A stretch of 64,000 nt of DNA from Chrysochromulina tobinii (taxonomy: Eukaryota). The stretch's first letter is position 1. Each line of letters begins with the position of its first letter. The notes under the pieces are model-generated. The model was not told the origin of the DNA. It saw nothing but the letters and a program-made list of their open reading frames with translations, and ran no database searches. Of the stretch, positions 24,401 to 35,835 are shown one piece after another. Both the position numbers and the translations under genes were made by a program. Where the stretch lies: the NCBI GenBank assembly GCA_001275005.1, contig JWZX01003249.1:1-64000 (forward strand), in the 5' to 3' direction.

Positions 24401-26236
24401 GTGTTGACGTTCACACCGTCCATCGACGCGCTCGCTTTTCCTGAGAATGGAGGAAAGCACTTTTGCTTCCAAGGAGCAGACATCAGAGCTCTCGACAGAT
24501 CGACGCCTGGCTTCGCGCTCGACGGCTCTTCGATGGATGGGCTTTTGACACGGTACGAGGAGCAACTCGCACACGACCATTCCGCGTCGTCGCGCTCGGC
24601 GATTCCTGCGCGGTATGGATTGTTCTTCATGGGTCTTGGAGCTGGTCTCACCCTCGTGGTTCAGGGCGCGTTCCAATCGCTGCAGTTCGCTCTCCAATCA
24701 TCGCAAGAGCTCGCACGTCCCTCGGCCACGAGTGAGGCCTTGAAGACCCCATCGCAATACGTGGCGACTCAGCTGCACGGCTTCGAGATTTTTACCTTCC
24801 CTGGCAGCGAAGATGATGGCTGCCCGCGGGAATCATTGTTCGACGAAAACTCGAACTGCTATCTCGGGCTTGAGGACGTCTACGCCGATGCCAACAGGCG
24901 TGTCGACATCATGCTGCAGGCCGTCGACAGCGCGCATGCCGCCGGCAAGACGAACCATTCAAACTCAGTGCTCAAAGTCTTTCTCGCGCCTGAGTTCTTC
25001 TTTCGTGGCCCAGCCGGCGCTTATCGCACCGACGATCTCGTCGACGGGCGAGTGAACTGCCTCAATCGCCTCTACGACTACGTCACGAGCGACTCTCGAT
25101 TCGACGACTGGCTCTTTGTGTTCGGCACGGTGGTCGCCGCGAGCCCGCCGCACACGCGCTTCAGCGGTCAAGACCCGAGCCGCTGGGCGTTTCACAACTT
25201 TGCGCCAATTGTGCGGGGCGGGAAGCAGGAGAGCTGCACGAGTACGATCGGCATGCGTGGCTGCGGCTGGCTCGTCTTCAAGAGTTACATCTCGTCGATC
25301 GACTTTCTCGACTTTCCCGAGAGCGAGCTCGAGAAGCGCGGCGACGACGTGCGCTACTCCGCCGTGCTGCGTGCTGAGCCACGCGGAGACGGAACGTATG
25401 CGCACACGCCCAAAGAGATGCATGACCTCCTCGGCTCTCGGTGGGTGGTCCTCGACAGGCACCAGAAGCGCATTGATACCGACGGGCTGCGCATCGGTGT
25501 CGAGATCTGCCTCGATCACTCGACCAGCGATCTCCAAAAGGAGATGCAGGCCGAGGCCGAGGCCCTGGGGCTCGAGCACATTGTGCCGCTCGACCTGCAG
25601 CTGATCGTGTCGGCCGGCCTCCAGATGGCCGACGGCCCGATCCTCACGCGACCCGGCGCGCCCACATTTCACGTCGATGGGCGCTCCCGCTCCCAGATTG
25701 GCCTCAACGTGTGGGGGCACGGCGCGGACAGGATCAGTAAGCACGTGTCTGCCTATGGCGAGAACGTGTGGTTCACGGAGCTCGGCCCGGACCCGGGATT
25801 GTACAACATGGGTGCGACGGCATGGCACGACTCGTCGCTGATGCTGCGGGCGACCGTTGGGGCCATCTTTGAGCTCTTTTTCAAGAGTGAGCATGCATAT
25901 GATACGGTCGACTTTTTCCCACCCGCGGGCTGGGTCGACGCTTTCGTCCTCGAGATCGAGGAGGTGCCTGTGGGCGACTTCTCCGATCCCGAGTACGTCG
26001 CCTCTTTTGGGGAGCTCTTCCTCACCCTACCGTATCTTGCGAACATGAACGCCTTCCAAGCGCTCCTCGAGGGGCTCGCGCCCAAGGTGAACCTGAGCCC
26101 GGAGGAGCTCGCCGCTGTCATCAAAAAGGAGGTTGGAGTCGAGGCGCGTGATTTTGGGCCAAGTGTCAGCGTGTATCCCACAGTGAGCATCTCGCCTGTG
26201 CTAGGCCCGCAGTGGATATCCACCGGGAGTCTATAA
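24401..26236 (+). CDS. Membrane-anchored carbon-nitrogen hydrolase (nitrilase)-fold protein; first ATG 24535
   Basis: FLAPEFFF (E), VFKSY (K), EICLDH (C) in E-K-C order; N-terminal TM helix. Confidence 0.55.
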   Translation: MLTFTPSIDALAFPENGGKHFCFQGADIRALDRSTPGFALDGSSMDGLLTRYEEQLAHDHSASSRSAIPARYGLFFMGLGAGLTLVVQGAFQSLQFALQSSQELARPSATSEALKTPSQYVATQLHGFEIFTFPGSEDDGCPRESLFDENSNCYLGLEDVYADANRRVDIMLQAVDSAHAAGKTNHSNSVLKVFLAPEFFFRGPAGAYRTDDLVDGRVNCLNRLYDYVTSDSRFDDWLFVFGTVVAASPPHTRFSGQDPSRWAFHNFAPIVRGGKQESCTSTIGMRGCGWLVFKSYISSIDFLDFPESELEKRGDDVRYSAVLRAEPRGDGTYAHTPKEMHDLLGSRWVVLDRHQKRIDTDGLRIGVEICLDHSTSDLQKEMQAEAEALGLEHIVPLDLQLIVSAGLQMADGPILTRPGAPTFHVDGRSRSQIGLNVWGHGADRISKHVSAYGENVWFTELGPDPGLYNMGATAWHDSSLMLRATVGAIFELFFKSEHAYDTVDFFPPAGWVDAFVLEIEEVPVGDFSDPEYVASFGELFLTLPYLANMNAFQALLEGLAPKVNLSPEELAAVIKKEVGVEARDFGPSVSVYPTVSISPVLGPQWISTGSL

Positions 26237-26431
26237 ATTTGTGTACGCTTGTGTACGCAGACCATTCACGTAAAGCGTCGAACTGACACGCGGCACGAAC
26301 GTACGTGCCCAACCGATCAACCGAACACGAACACAATAGTAACCGCGCGTCATCCGCGGACGGGATCTAAAAACCGAACACCCGTCGCACTGAACTTGAC
26401 TCCTACGACTCAGCGTGCTGCCATCAGAACC

Positions 26432-27679
26432 TCATCGCGGAGATTGAAGGCAAGTTGTCTCCGCCAGGAACCACGCGGCAGCATACTTAGGGCAGAGAGA
26501 GAGGTTCATCATCATCTCCGGAGCACGAATCGCAGGCAATCGGAACGTGGCCGTGTCGGCAGCGCTCGGCGCATGCATGCAGCCTCCCCAATTTGACTGT
26601 TCCCGCTCAAATGTGGCGCTCGCCGCCGTGGGCCGATGACGGCCACGCCCTCGAGCTGGCTGCACGACGAAGGCGGTCCGTGGTACACGCAGCACGCGCA
26701 CGCACGCAGCCCTAAGGGCAAGCAGCAGCTGGAGCTCGGGGTTGTTAGCAAGCGGTGCGTGGCCAGCCACCCACGCCTCGAGCGTGGAGAGAGCGGGTAC
26801 GATGGCCGCGCGGGAGGCGACGAGGAAGCGTTCGCTGAGTCCGCCCCAGTCCTCACCCACGGGTACGATCGCCAGCGGCTCCTCTGCACGCATCGCCGCC
26901 TCGAGGATGGACCGAATTGGCAGCCACAGCTCGCATAGGTAGTACGCGTCCGTGCGAGTGTACACGAACCAATCGAATTTGGGAAGCAGGCCCTGCTGTA
27001 GCAGCATGCGCTTGGCGAACCAGCGGTACACCCCAACAATGGCCGAGCTACCCGAGGAGGGTAGGGCCGAGACGTTGCCGGAGACCCTGGCCATCTGGGA
27101 GTCGGGCTCATAGCAGTCGGCGCTGCACCAGCCGCGATTGGTGTTTTGACGCTGGCGGCAATTCAGGTTGTATACGCCACCGAGAGGGCTGGGCTCCCAA
27201 TGGGTCCGCGGGCAGCGGATCGTGCGATTGCGACAAGGGACCACGGCACGGCTGGACGACCCATTGGCAGAGATCAGATCGAGAGCATCTGCCCAGTCCG
27301 TGAACTCTGGGACAATCGCCATGTGTCGGGCATGCCGGCCGAGATGAGTACAGCTCTGCGGAATGCCGAATCGGTCACGTCCTTGCTGTTGCGAGGGAGC
27401 GCCTGCACAAGTGGTTTGGCCAGAATCATCATCAAAGTTGCTCGGTGTGGCAAAATCAGACGCTCGATGATGGTCGTCCATGAGTGCTCTGTTCCTCGCA
27501 GCGAGCCTGCCAGCATGACAAGGACTCGGCCGGGTAGCACCGCGCGTTCCAAATCGCGGTGTCGGAGAACTTTCTGAGCCGGAATCCCTCCAACACAGGG
27601 CATCGCCAAATCGCCTCTCCGAGGACGCGGCCCGACCTCCTTGCACACTCGGGGCCCGCGCCCGCGAAAAGTCGAGCAT
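26432..27679 (-). CDS. Hypothetical protein, glycosyltransferase-like
   Basis: FDWFVYTRTD and GEDWGGLSERF motifs resemble algal GT-like proteins. Confidence 0.45.
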   Translation of the reverse strand: MLDFSRARAPSVQGGRAASSERRFGDALCWRDSGSESSPTPRFGTRGATRPSPCHAGRLAARNRALMDDHHRASDFATPSNFDDDSGQTTCAGAPSQQQGRDRFGIPQSCTHLGRHARHMAIVPEFTDWADALDLISANGSSSRAVVPCRNRTIRCPRTHWEPSPLGGVYNLNCRQRQNTNRGWCSADCYEPDSQMARVSGNVSALPSSGSSAIVGVYRWFAKRMLLQQGLLPKFDWFVYTRTDAYYLCELWLPIRSILEAAMRAEEPLAIVPVGEDWGGLSERFLVASRAAIVPALSTLEAWVAGHAPLANNPELQLLLALRAACVRVLRVPRTAFVVQPARGRGRHRPTAASATFEREQSNWGGCMHAPSAADTATFRLPAIRAPEMMMNLSLCPKYAAAWFLAETTCLQSPR

Positions 27680-27813
27680 GTCAAGTCAAGTCGAGGTCGT
27701 CGGCATACCTTTGGACCGTTATTATGAACGCGTGAAACGCACGACGCACACGTGACTCTCGACTGCATCCCCTGGCCGACAGGGAGTTAACCGGCTGGCG
27801 TGCGGGTCTAGCT

Positions 27814-27873
27814 TCAAGTTCAAGTTCAAGTTACTACATAAACAACAGAACCTGAACTTGAACTTGTACTTGA
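27814..27873. promoter_or_regulatory. Inverted (TTCAAG)n repeat with core CATAAACAACAGA between divergent genes
   Basis: Left arm TCAAGTTCAAGTTCAAGTT pairs 18/19 with the right arm; same core recurs at 49657-49669. Confidence 0.55.
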
Positions 27874-27954
27874 GGAGAGCTTTTGGATCTTTCGTTGCGC
27901 ACGTGACCGCTACAACGCGACGTGCACCCGTCTGCACCCGTCGTCGACTTGTTC

Positions 27955-28773
27955 ATGCCGCGCAAGAGGCTGCAAGAAGAGAAGCCGGAGGAGTCCAGAA
28001 GGACGGGCAGGAAGGCGAAACACGAGGGCTCCGCCAGCACTCAAGCGGCTGCAGAAGAGGAGGCCAAGCCCGCGGACTGGCGCTCCCTGCTCTACTTCTT
28101 TCACGGCACGGTGCAAACGAACATGAGCTCTGGCGAGACCCACTGGCAGGGCACATGGGTCGCGTCGAGCGATGGCCTGCCATCACCCGCCGAGTTTGAT
28201 GAGTCTCCCAACAAGTTCAATCTCGTCTCTACCTCCTTCCTCGCTCGTGATGAGGTGGCCCTCGAGGATGCGTGCCCATTCGGGCGGAGCGGTGACTTCA
28301 AGGGCCGCTTCTCGCTCGACGACGACGGCAGCGGCACCCACCGAGAGGTGTCGGATATTGAGCACCGCGTCGTCTTCAAGGCGTGCCCCGGCGGATGCTC
28401 GCTCGTTGGCGCGCGCGGCTTGGCCCCCTTTGGGCAGTTCGTCTCGCTCGGGCGGCTTACCTGTCCGAGTCGTAACGTGCCCGCCCAGCTCACGCTGGCC
28501 AGGCAGTACATCGGCATGGACGACCCGAGGGTGCAGCTGAGTGCGTGGGCAGCACTGCTGCGCGCCGAGGCCCGGCTCTCCAAGGGACGGCGAGACGCCT
28601 GGGAAACGCCGTGGTCGCAGATGAGCCTGATAGGCGCTGACTTGACGGTGCGCGAAGCACAGCGCAAATGCTGCCAAACTCTGGTGCGCCCTCGGCTGCC
28701 AAGGGCCGCACACGGGCTGCCGCATGCACGGGGCCGCCTCCCGATGCATGCATGCATCGGGCCGCCTCCCTGA
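27955..28773 (+). CDS. Hypothetical protein
   Basis: 272-aa ORF from the first ATG, basic N-terminus and globular composition. Confidence 0.55.
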   Translation: MPRKRLQEEKPEESRRTGRKAKHEGSASTQAAAEEEAKPADWRSLLYFFHGTVQTNMSSGETHWQGTWVASSDGLPSPAEFDESPNKFNLVSTSFLARDEVALEDACPFGRSGDFKGRFSLDDDGSGTHREVSDIEHRVVFKACPGGCSLVGARGLAPFGQFVSLGRLTCPSRNVPAQLTLARQYIGMDDPRVQLSAWAALLRAEARLSKGRRDAWETPWSQMSLIGADLTVREAQRKCCQTLVRPRLPRAAHGLPHARGRLPMHACIGPPP

Positions 28774-29365
28774 CCGCCCGCGAATGTCGTCGTTCGCTTC
28801 TCGTTTCGTCGCAGGAGGTTGCCGGCGGCGTCTTTGGGTGTGAATTGCCTGTCGGCCACACGGGGCCGCATGCCCTGTTAGAGTGAGCAAAGCCTGCGCG
28901 CTTCTTCGAATGCCATTTGGACGTGGTTATACAGTGCATTCTCCGAATGGTTCAGCGCTGAGCCGCGATCCGCGCGAGCATCAGACGCAACGGTGCACTG
29001 TCTACGGTGCACTGTCTACGACTCTACGTTGTGGTCGGCATGAGGGATCGGCTGCCTAGCTTGATGCTGCGGTGCGCACACGAGGGCCGCTTTACGGCCG
29101 GATCGCGGATGTGCCGTGCACAGGGAGAAGTTATTTAGTGATTATATTGTGGGCGCCGGTGTCGCCGTCTGGAGGCAGGGTCCCGAACGGAGGTGAGTTC
29201 GTTGAAGCCGTGTGCCCGTGTCTCACAATCATTCAGAATCCAACGGTACACCACAAAGAGACATACGCAAAGCTCATGCAAACAGTACGGCGTCACAGGT
29301 CACTGATCTCACACGGTCACTGCTGCCGCATGCACGTCAACGTCCAAAATTGCAGCGAGGCCGCA

Positions 29366-29584
29366 TCACCGCAGTGCTGCATCTCGTTGCCGCTGTAGTT
29401 CACGTTGCTTCCGGAACTCGGCCACGTCACGGTCAGTGATCTCCTCTTGTTCAACAGCACTGATGCAGTATGCAAAGACGCCGACAACAAAGGAGCCAGC
29501 CAGAAAGGCGCCCGCAACATTTCGCCTCGATTGCGCTTTCGCCGCCGCGGCGCGAGCTGCCTCTGCAGCGGGTGGTAGCGGCAT
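29366..29584 (-). CDS. COA3: Cytochrome c oxidase assembly factor 3-like small membrane protein
   Basis: 72 aa; RN..G.....FVVGVFAYCISAVEQEE single TM followed by an acidic patch, the Coa3/CCDC56 pattern. Confidence 0.65.
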   Translation of the reverse strand: MPLPPAAEAARAAAAKAQSRRNVAGAFLAGSFVVGVFAYCISAVEQEEITDRDVAEFRKQRELQRQRDAALR

Positions 29585-29871
29585 ATCCTCGCTACGCGTT
29601 CGGCACTGTCAAGCTTTCCGAAAAGAGGCCACGAGCGACGGCGATCGCGCCCTCGTGTGACTCGCGTGTCTTTCGTCGACAGCTGTGAACTTCCTGTTGA
29701 CTGAATTTTCACCATTGCTGCACACTCTTCGCTATGGACTTTTGTGGGAAAAACTGTTTCTTTTATTTTTTTGCGGATTTGCAGGGAATTGTTGGAAAAT
29801 TCACGCACGACGAGAAAGGAGAAAGAGGACGTGGAGAGTCGAGCGCGCGCGACGGCTGCTCAACAACTGTC

Positions 29872-32800
29872 ATGGAAGATGACCTCTCTGGGCTCGAGGG
29901 CATGGGTGTTGTCGTCCGTAACACGAGAGAGCTCGAGTCTGAGCTCATTGCCAAATGGCAGGAAGAGCAGAGGCAGCGCGAGCTCGCCTCGGCTGCAGTG
30001 GCAGCCTCAGCATCTTCTGCGGCAGCCTCAGCCGCTGCTGCGCCGTCGAAAGCGTCTGGAGAGCGCTTTAAAATAAAGCGAAGAACGATCGTGACAAAGG
30101 CAGCTCCTACTGGTGCTACGTCAACGGCGCTGGCACCTGCGCCTGCCCCTCTGGCTTCAACGGCGGCGCTCGCCCCTCCGGCTGCAGCCGCACATGCACC
30201 TGCACATGCACCGTCGGCTGGACCTTTTTCCGCGCCCGCACCCGCAGCTGTCGCGTCCGGAAAGCGGAAGCTGCCGCCATCCGGCGCTCCATCAGACTCC
30301 GAGGGTGAGCTGAGCCCTGCCAAGGAGGCGCCTGCCTCCGTCTCCATGCAGGCGGCGGCAGGCAGCAGCTGTGCGGTGGCAGCGGCCTCGGCTCCGAAGG
30401 GCGAGGAATCGAAGCGCGAGGAAGCGATGGGCGAGGAGGAGATGAGCGAGGACGCAAGGGTGCACGAGAAGACCATGGCGGAGGCGGCGCGGCTGGCCGG
30501 CCTCGCGGCGGACGAAGAGCTCGCTCGCGCACTCTCGTCACAACGCAGCGAGCGACTGAGTGTTGCGCTGCGGCGCGCGCCTGGTGGCGACCTTGCATCG
30601 CGCCGTGGGGCGCCTGCTACGGACTTCGTGGAGCGCCGACCGACGCCCACTGCCTCAGCGCCGCACGACAGGCCGCGCTCGAAGCCTACGTCTAAGCGTC
30701 GCCGGCGAGCACCCTACGCCTCAAGCGACGACGACGACGACGTCGGCGGCGGCAGCGATGATGACTACGTGCCATCGGCAGACGAGGTGGGTGGCGCCGG
30801 CAGGGACGACGATGACGAGGAGGAGGAGGATGAGAAGGACGAGGACGATGACTCGGACGCGGAGGAGGAGGAGGAGGATGAGGATTCCGATGAGGAAGAC
30901 GAATACGAGGAGGACGAGGACATGGTGCCTGAGCGCGTTGTCAACGGCGTGGTGATCGAGCTTGATGAAGATGGCGACGATCTCGAGGAAGGCGAGATTG
31001 CAGAGTGCGGGAAGCGCGCGAGACGCGGCGCAGCCGCCGCCAGCGGCGGCCGCCGCACTGGCAGCAGCAGCGGCGGGCGGAGGCACGGGAAGAGCCAGAG
31101 GCAGCAGCGGCGTGAGCGCACGGCGAGGCTCGACAAGTCCCTCTACACCGAGAGCGATGACGAAACCGAAGATCACGCGCTCCCGCACGGTCTGGTGGCG
31201 CCCGGGCGGCTGTGGAAGCGCCTCTTCGAGCACCAGCGGCTGTGCCTCGAGTGGCTCTGCGGGCTGCATGATCAGCACGTGGGCGGCATCATTGGAGATG
31301 AGATGGGCCTGGGGAAGACGCTACAGGTCATCAGCCTCATCGCGTCGCTGCACCACTCGGAGCGCGGCGGACCTTGCCTCATTGTCGCGCCGGCGACGGT
31401 GCTGCGCCAGTGGCAACGCGAATTCCGAAACTGGGCGCCCGAGCTGATGACTGTGGCCATCCTGCATTCGAGTGGCGGCGCCGATCAGCACGGACGCGTC
31501 GCGATGGTGCGCGACGTGTGCCGGCAAGGCCTCGCCGATGGCGGCGGCTGCAGCGTGCTGATCACCTCGTATGAGATGATGCGGGTGCATGCGGCTGTGC
31601 TTCTCGCGCAGCGCTGGCTGTACGTGGTGCTCGATGAGGGTCATAAGATCCGCAACCCGGACGCCGAGATCACGCTCGTCGCGAAGCGCTTCAACACCGG
31701 CCACCGCCTGATCCTCACTGGCGCACCGATCCAGAACAAGCTCGCCGAGCTCTGGTCACTCTTCGACTTTGTGTACCCGGGCAAGCTGGGCACGCTGCCC
31801 ATGTTCGAGGAGCAGTTCGCGCTGCCCATCAGCCAAGGCGCATACGCCAACGCCTCCAACTTCAAGGTGCAGGCCGCCTTTCAGTGCTCGCTCGTGCTGC
31901 GCGACCTCATCCGGCCGTACCTGCTTCGGCGCACCAAGGTCGACGTGCAGCTGCCACTCCCGAGCAAGTCGGAGCAGGTGCTCTTCTGCCAGCTCACCGA
32001 GGAGCAGCGTGACGTGTATGAGCGCTTCCTGCGCACCGACCTCGTGCAAAAGGTGCTGCAGGGGCGCGCCAACGCCTTCGCCGCCCTCTCGTCCCTGCTC
32101 AAGGTGTGCAACCATCCGCACTTGCTCACGTGGTTGCGCGACGACGACGACGATCTCCACGGCGACGGCTTCAGCTTGAAGCATGGCGGCGGCGGTGCGG
32201 GGGAGCGCTCAGCTCATGGGCGTGGCGGCGGCGGAGGCCGTGGCGGCGGCGGCGCGGGGGAGCGTGGCGGCGGCCGCAGTTCAGCGCGTCCCGAGGGCGT
32301 CGACGCCGCAGTGGCTGCGGCCGCTCTGGGTCCATCGCGGGCTGACGGGGCGACGCATTACGGCGACTGGAAGCTCTCGGGTAAGATGGTGGTCATGCGC
32401 CAGATCCTGCTGACGTGGCAGCAGCGCGGCGACCGCGCACTCATCTTCTGCCAGACGAAGCAGATGCTCGATATCGTGCAGGGGCACGTGCTCGGCGCGG
32501 GCTACACATTCCGCCGGCTCGACGGCAGCACCCCTGTGGGGGTGCGACTGCAGCTCATTGACGAGTTCAATTCGGACGACTCGATTTTCCTCTTCCTGCT
32601 CACCACGCGCGCGGGCGGGCTAGGCATCAACCTGACGGGCGCCAACCGCGTGCTGCTAGTCGACCCCGACTGGAACCCGGCCAACGACATGCAGGCGCGC
32701 GAGCGCGCCCACCGCATGGGCCAGAAGCGCGCGGTGACCATCTACCGGCTCGTCACGAGCGGCACGCTCGAGGAGAAGGTGTACCAACGCCAGATCTTCA

Positions 32801-34144
32801 AGCAGTTCCTCTCGTCCAACGTGCTGACTGACCCGAAGCAGATGAAGCGCGTCTTCAAGCCTCGCGACCTCCGTGATCTGCTCGCGCCACCTGCGACGAT
32901 GGACTCCTCCGTGGACGGCACGGAGACGGGAGATCTCTTCGCACATGCGGAGACCACGGCGGCGCAGGCGGTAGAGCATGCCGAGACCAGCGCGCTCGCT
33001 GCTGGTGCTGCTCATGGTGCCGCCGCCGCCGCTGATGGTGCCGCAGTCCGCCTCGGCGTCCGCTTCGAGTGGCTTGGCGTCATCCCGGGGCGCGGGCGGT
33101 GGCCGCGGCCTGACGGGCAGCAGCCGCCCGGTCGGTCGGCCGACGAACCACGTGGCCAGCGACGAGCCACGTTGGCCAGGCAGTCGGCCGACGAGCCTCG
33201 TGGCCGGCCGGACGACCTCCCCTTTAGGAGATCACTTAGGAGAAGGAGAGCACTTGGGAGATGCCCACAGCGCCGACGGCTCGGCGGCCGACGCGGCCTC
33301 GACCGCCTTCGTGGCCTCCCTGACAGGTGAGCCAGCTGGTCTCAATAAGCAGGCCTCGCTCCACGAGAGACGCGCTCCGGTGGCGGCGGCAGCGTCCTCC
33401 TCCGGAGCGGTGCCCGTGGCGCCCGGCGCACCCGAAGAGCGTGCGATCAAGAGCGAGACGTCGCTGCTCTCGGATCTGCTCTGTGGCAACTTCCTCGCGT
33501 CCACGATCGACCACGACGCGGTCCTCGGAGGCGGGAAGGCGCGCGCGGGCTCGAGCCTCGCTGCCGCTGATGCGCGCCAGCTCGCCCAAAAGGCAGCCGA
33601 GGCGCTGCGCGAGTCCTTTGCGCAGCGCCAGCGGGAGCATGTGAACGTGCCCACATGGACGGGACGTAGCGGCGCCGCCGGGCTACCTGGCCAGCGTCGG
33701 TTTGGCGGCACGCTGAATCCCGTGCTCGCGCGCAGCGGCAACGGCAGCGGCAACGGCAGCGGCAGCGGCAGCGGCAGCGGCGGCGGGAGCGGCGGCGGCG
33801 AGGGTGGCAGCAAGGCGGGGGGCAGCACCTTCTTCAGCCAGGGCAAGGAGAGCGATGGCCGGCAAGTTGGCTCTGCGGCGCTGCTCTCGCGCATCCGCGA
33901 GCGCCAAGAGGCCGGCGCCACCGCCACCGACTCGCCCGACGCCGCCGCTGCGCGGCTACTGCGCCGGCTCGACGACTTTTTCGCCGCGCGCCACGGCAAG
34001 TGCACCTCCGAGCAGCTGGTCAAGGAGTTTGCCGACGCGAGCGTCGACCGCAACCTGCTCAAGGCGCTTCTGAAGCAGCTCGCGCACAAGGATGATCGCG
34101 GTAACTGGGTGCTGAAGCCGCACGGCGGCGGCAACAGGCCGTAG
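29872..34144 (+). CDS. ERCC6: CSB/Rad26 SNF2-family DNA repair ATPase (frameshift ~33045)
   Basis: GGIIGDEMGLGKT, DEGHKIRNP, LTGAPIQNKL.ELWSLFDF, DPDWNP..DMQARERA.R.GQKR; C-terminal PTWTGRSG and winged-helix end in ORF 32978-34144. Confidence 0.92.
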
Positions 34145-34719
34145 CGAGTTGTAGCGATAGGAGTTAGGAGAGGTCAGACCTGTCAGTCAGGCACAGTATA
34201 GAGTACGGGTACGAGTACAGATACAAGCAACGCGATAAAAGCGAGACGAGCCCGCGCCGCGCGAACTTTCGTTTGTATACCGGCGTGGTCGTCGCGGCGC
34301 GGGTGCGGTCGGTATAAGAATAAAGATCCCGCGGCGCTTCAATCGACAATCCGCGCGGTTCCGGGATGAAAAGATCGGTTAATTTTTATTTATTTAAATC
34401 GGACAATTTATTCCCCCGAGATCGTAAACTATGTGACGAAAGCCCAAGGAACGCCAATAAGGAGATGGCTTCACGTCAAACCTTGGGAGGTCGTCAGTAT
34501 TAGCGGCGGCGTTAGTGACTGTCTGTAATGAAACTCAGATACCTCTCGGACGTAATAGCACCCTTTCCCGCACTTTCAGTGTCTGACACCGCCAGTATGC
34601 CTCGGCGACTCTCAACCTTCGGCTCGGGGGGATCGGCGAGGGTCGGCGAGGGTCGCGGGGCCGGGTCGACCTCTGAGCGTCCGAGCGCGTCCGACGAGGT
34701 CGCCGGTCGGAGAGAGGGG

Positions 34720-35580
34720 CTACGCGTAAGGGTACGCGTTGTCCTGCGTCGTCGCTTCCGCAGCAGACACCTTCCAGGATACTACCGCAGATGAAGACTC
34801 GAGGTAGTACGGGGCGAGGCAGGCCATCCGGAAGCCGCGCGCACGGATGGCGTCGACGCACATGGGGCTCAGACGGATGCGCGAGAGCTGTGAGTGGAAG
34901 ATGGTGTGTATGTGCAGCTTGAGCTTCTCGAGCTCGCGGCATCCCGCGAGCAGCGCGTCCAGTCCCTTGTCCGAGAAGTCGAGGTGGCCTTGCAGCGCAA
35001 GAGACTTGAGGTTTGGGCAGTTCTTGCCGAGCTCGATCAGCAGCGTGTCGGTGAGCCCAGAGTGTGGGCTCTCCTCGCCCATTCCCTCTGCGCACTCGAG
35101 CTCGAGCTCCTCGAGCATCTCTCGCCCGCGCACGAGGTTCATCACCTTGGGCTCGTCGCAGTCGAACGCCCAACGCCACTTGAACTTTCGCAGCGCGGGG
35201 ACGGCCTGGAGATCCCAGTCGGAGAGGCGGTGGTGGTGCGACACCTTCTTGGCGTTGCCTAGATCGATCGACTGGAGTGCCGGGAAGAGCTTGAGCAGCT
35301 TCTTGGTCGTCCCAGTACCCCAGTCATGATTGCCCAACGCCACCGACCAGATGCCGCCGTCGGTGTTGAGCTTGGCCAGCGCGTCGAGCAGAGGCGTGAC
35401 AGCCTTGCTTTTCGAGCCGCCAATGAACGCCACGTCCACATGGCCACCGAGCGCAGCGGCGCTCAAGGCCAGGTCGCTGAGGCGGCGGCTGACGACGAGG
35501 AGAGGGCCGCGCACCGTCTTGACTGGCATGAACTGCATGATCGCCAGCAGAGCGTCGTCGTCGAGGCTCAGCAGATCCAT
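34720..35580 (-). CDS. F-box/LRR-repeat protein
   Basis: N-terminal LLSLDDDALLAIMQFM...LVVSRRL F-box; LRRs such as LTDTLLIELGKNCPNLKSLAL and GCRELEKLKL. Confidence 0.8.
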   Translation of the reverse strand: MDLLSLDDDALLAIMQFMPVKTVRGPLLVVSRRLSDLALSAAALGGHVDVAFIGGSKSKAVTPLLDALAKLNTDGGIWSVALGNHDWGTGTTKKLLKLFPALQSIDLGNAKKVSHHHRLSDWDLQAVPALRKFKWRWAFDCDEPKVMNLVRGREMLEELELECAEGMGEESPHSGLTDTLLIELGKNCPNLKSLALQGHLDFSDKGLDALLAGCRELEKLKLHIHTIFHSQLSRIRLSPMCVDAIRARGFRMACLAPYYLESSSAVVSWKVSAAEATTQDNAYPYA

Positions 35581-35835
35581 CTCTCGAGTCGCGCCGGTGC
35601 GCGCGCGTCTCCGCGGAGAGATCCAAAGGCGAGCATACAGCGACACTTGGCTCGCGCGCGCGCGGGAGCCGTTTTCCCCACAGATAGAAATTCCTTTGAG
35701 TTTCCCCACAGAGCGGGGGGCCAGCCGCGCTGCGGCAGGCGCGCCTGGGAGGCGCCCCTTGATGAGGGATGTATTGCGCCTGAGTTTCGTCGTATCCCCT
35801 CTCGTCGCGGCCTCCTCTCGCTCATAGTCTTCGTC

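Noticed and set aside
34443..34488. CCCAAGG...CCTTGGG stem, possible ncRNA
   Set aside because: A 7-bp stem is expected by chance; no snoRNA, snRNA or tRNA hallmarks
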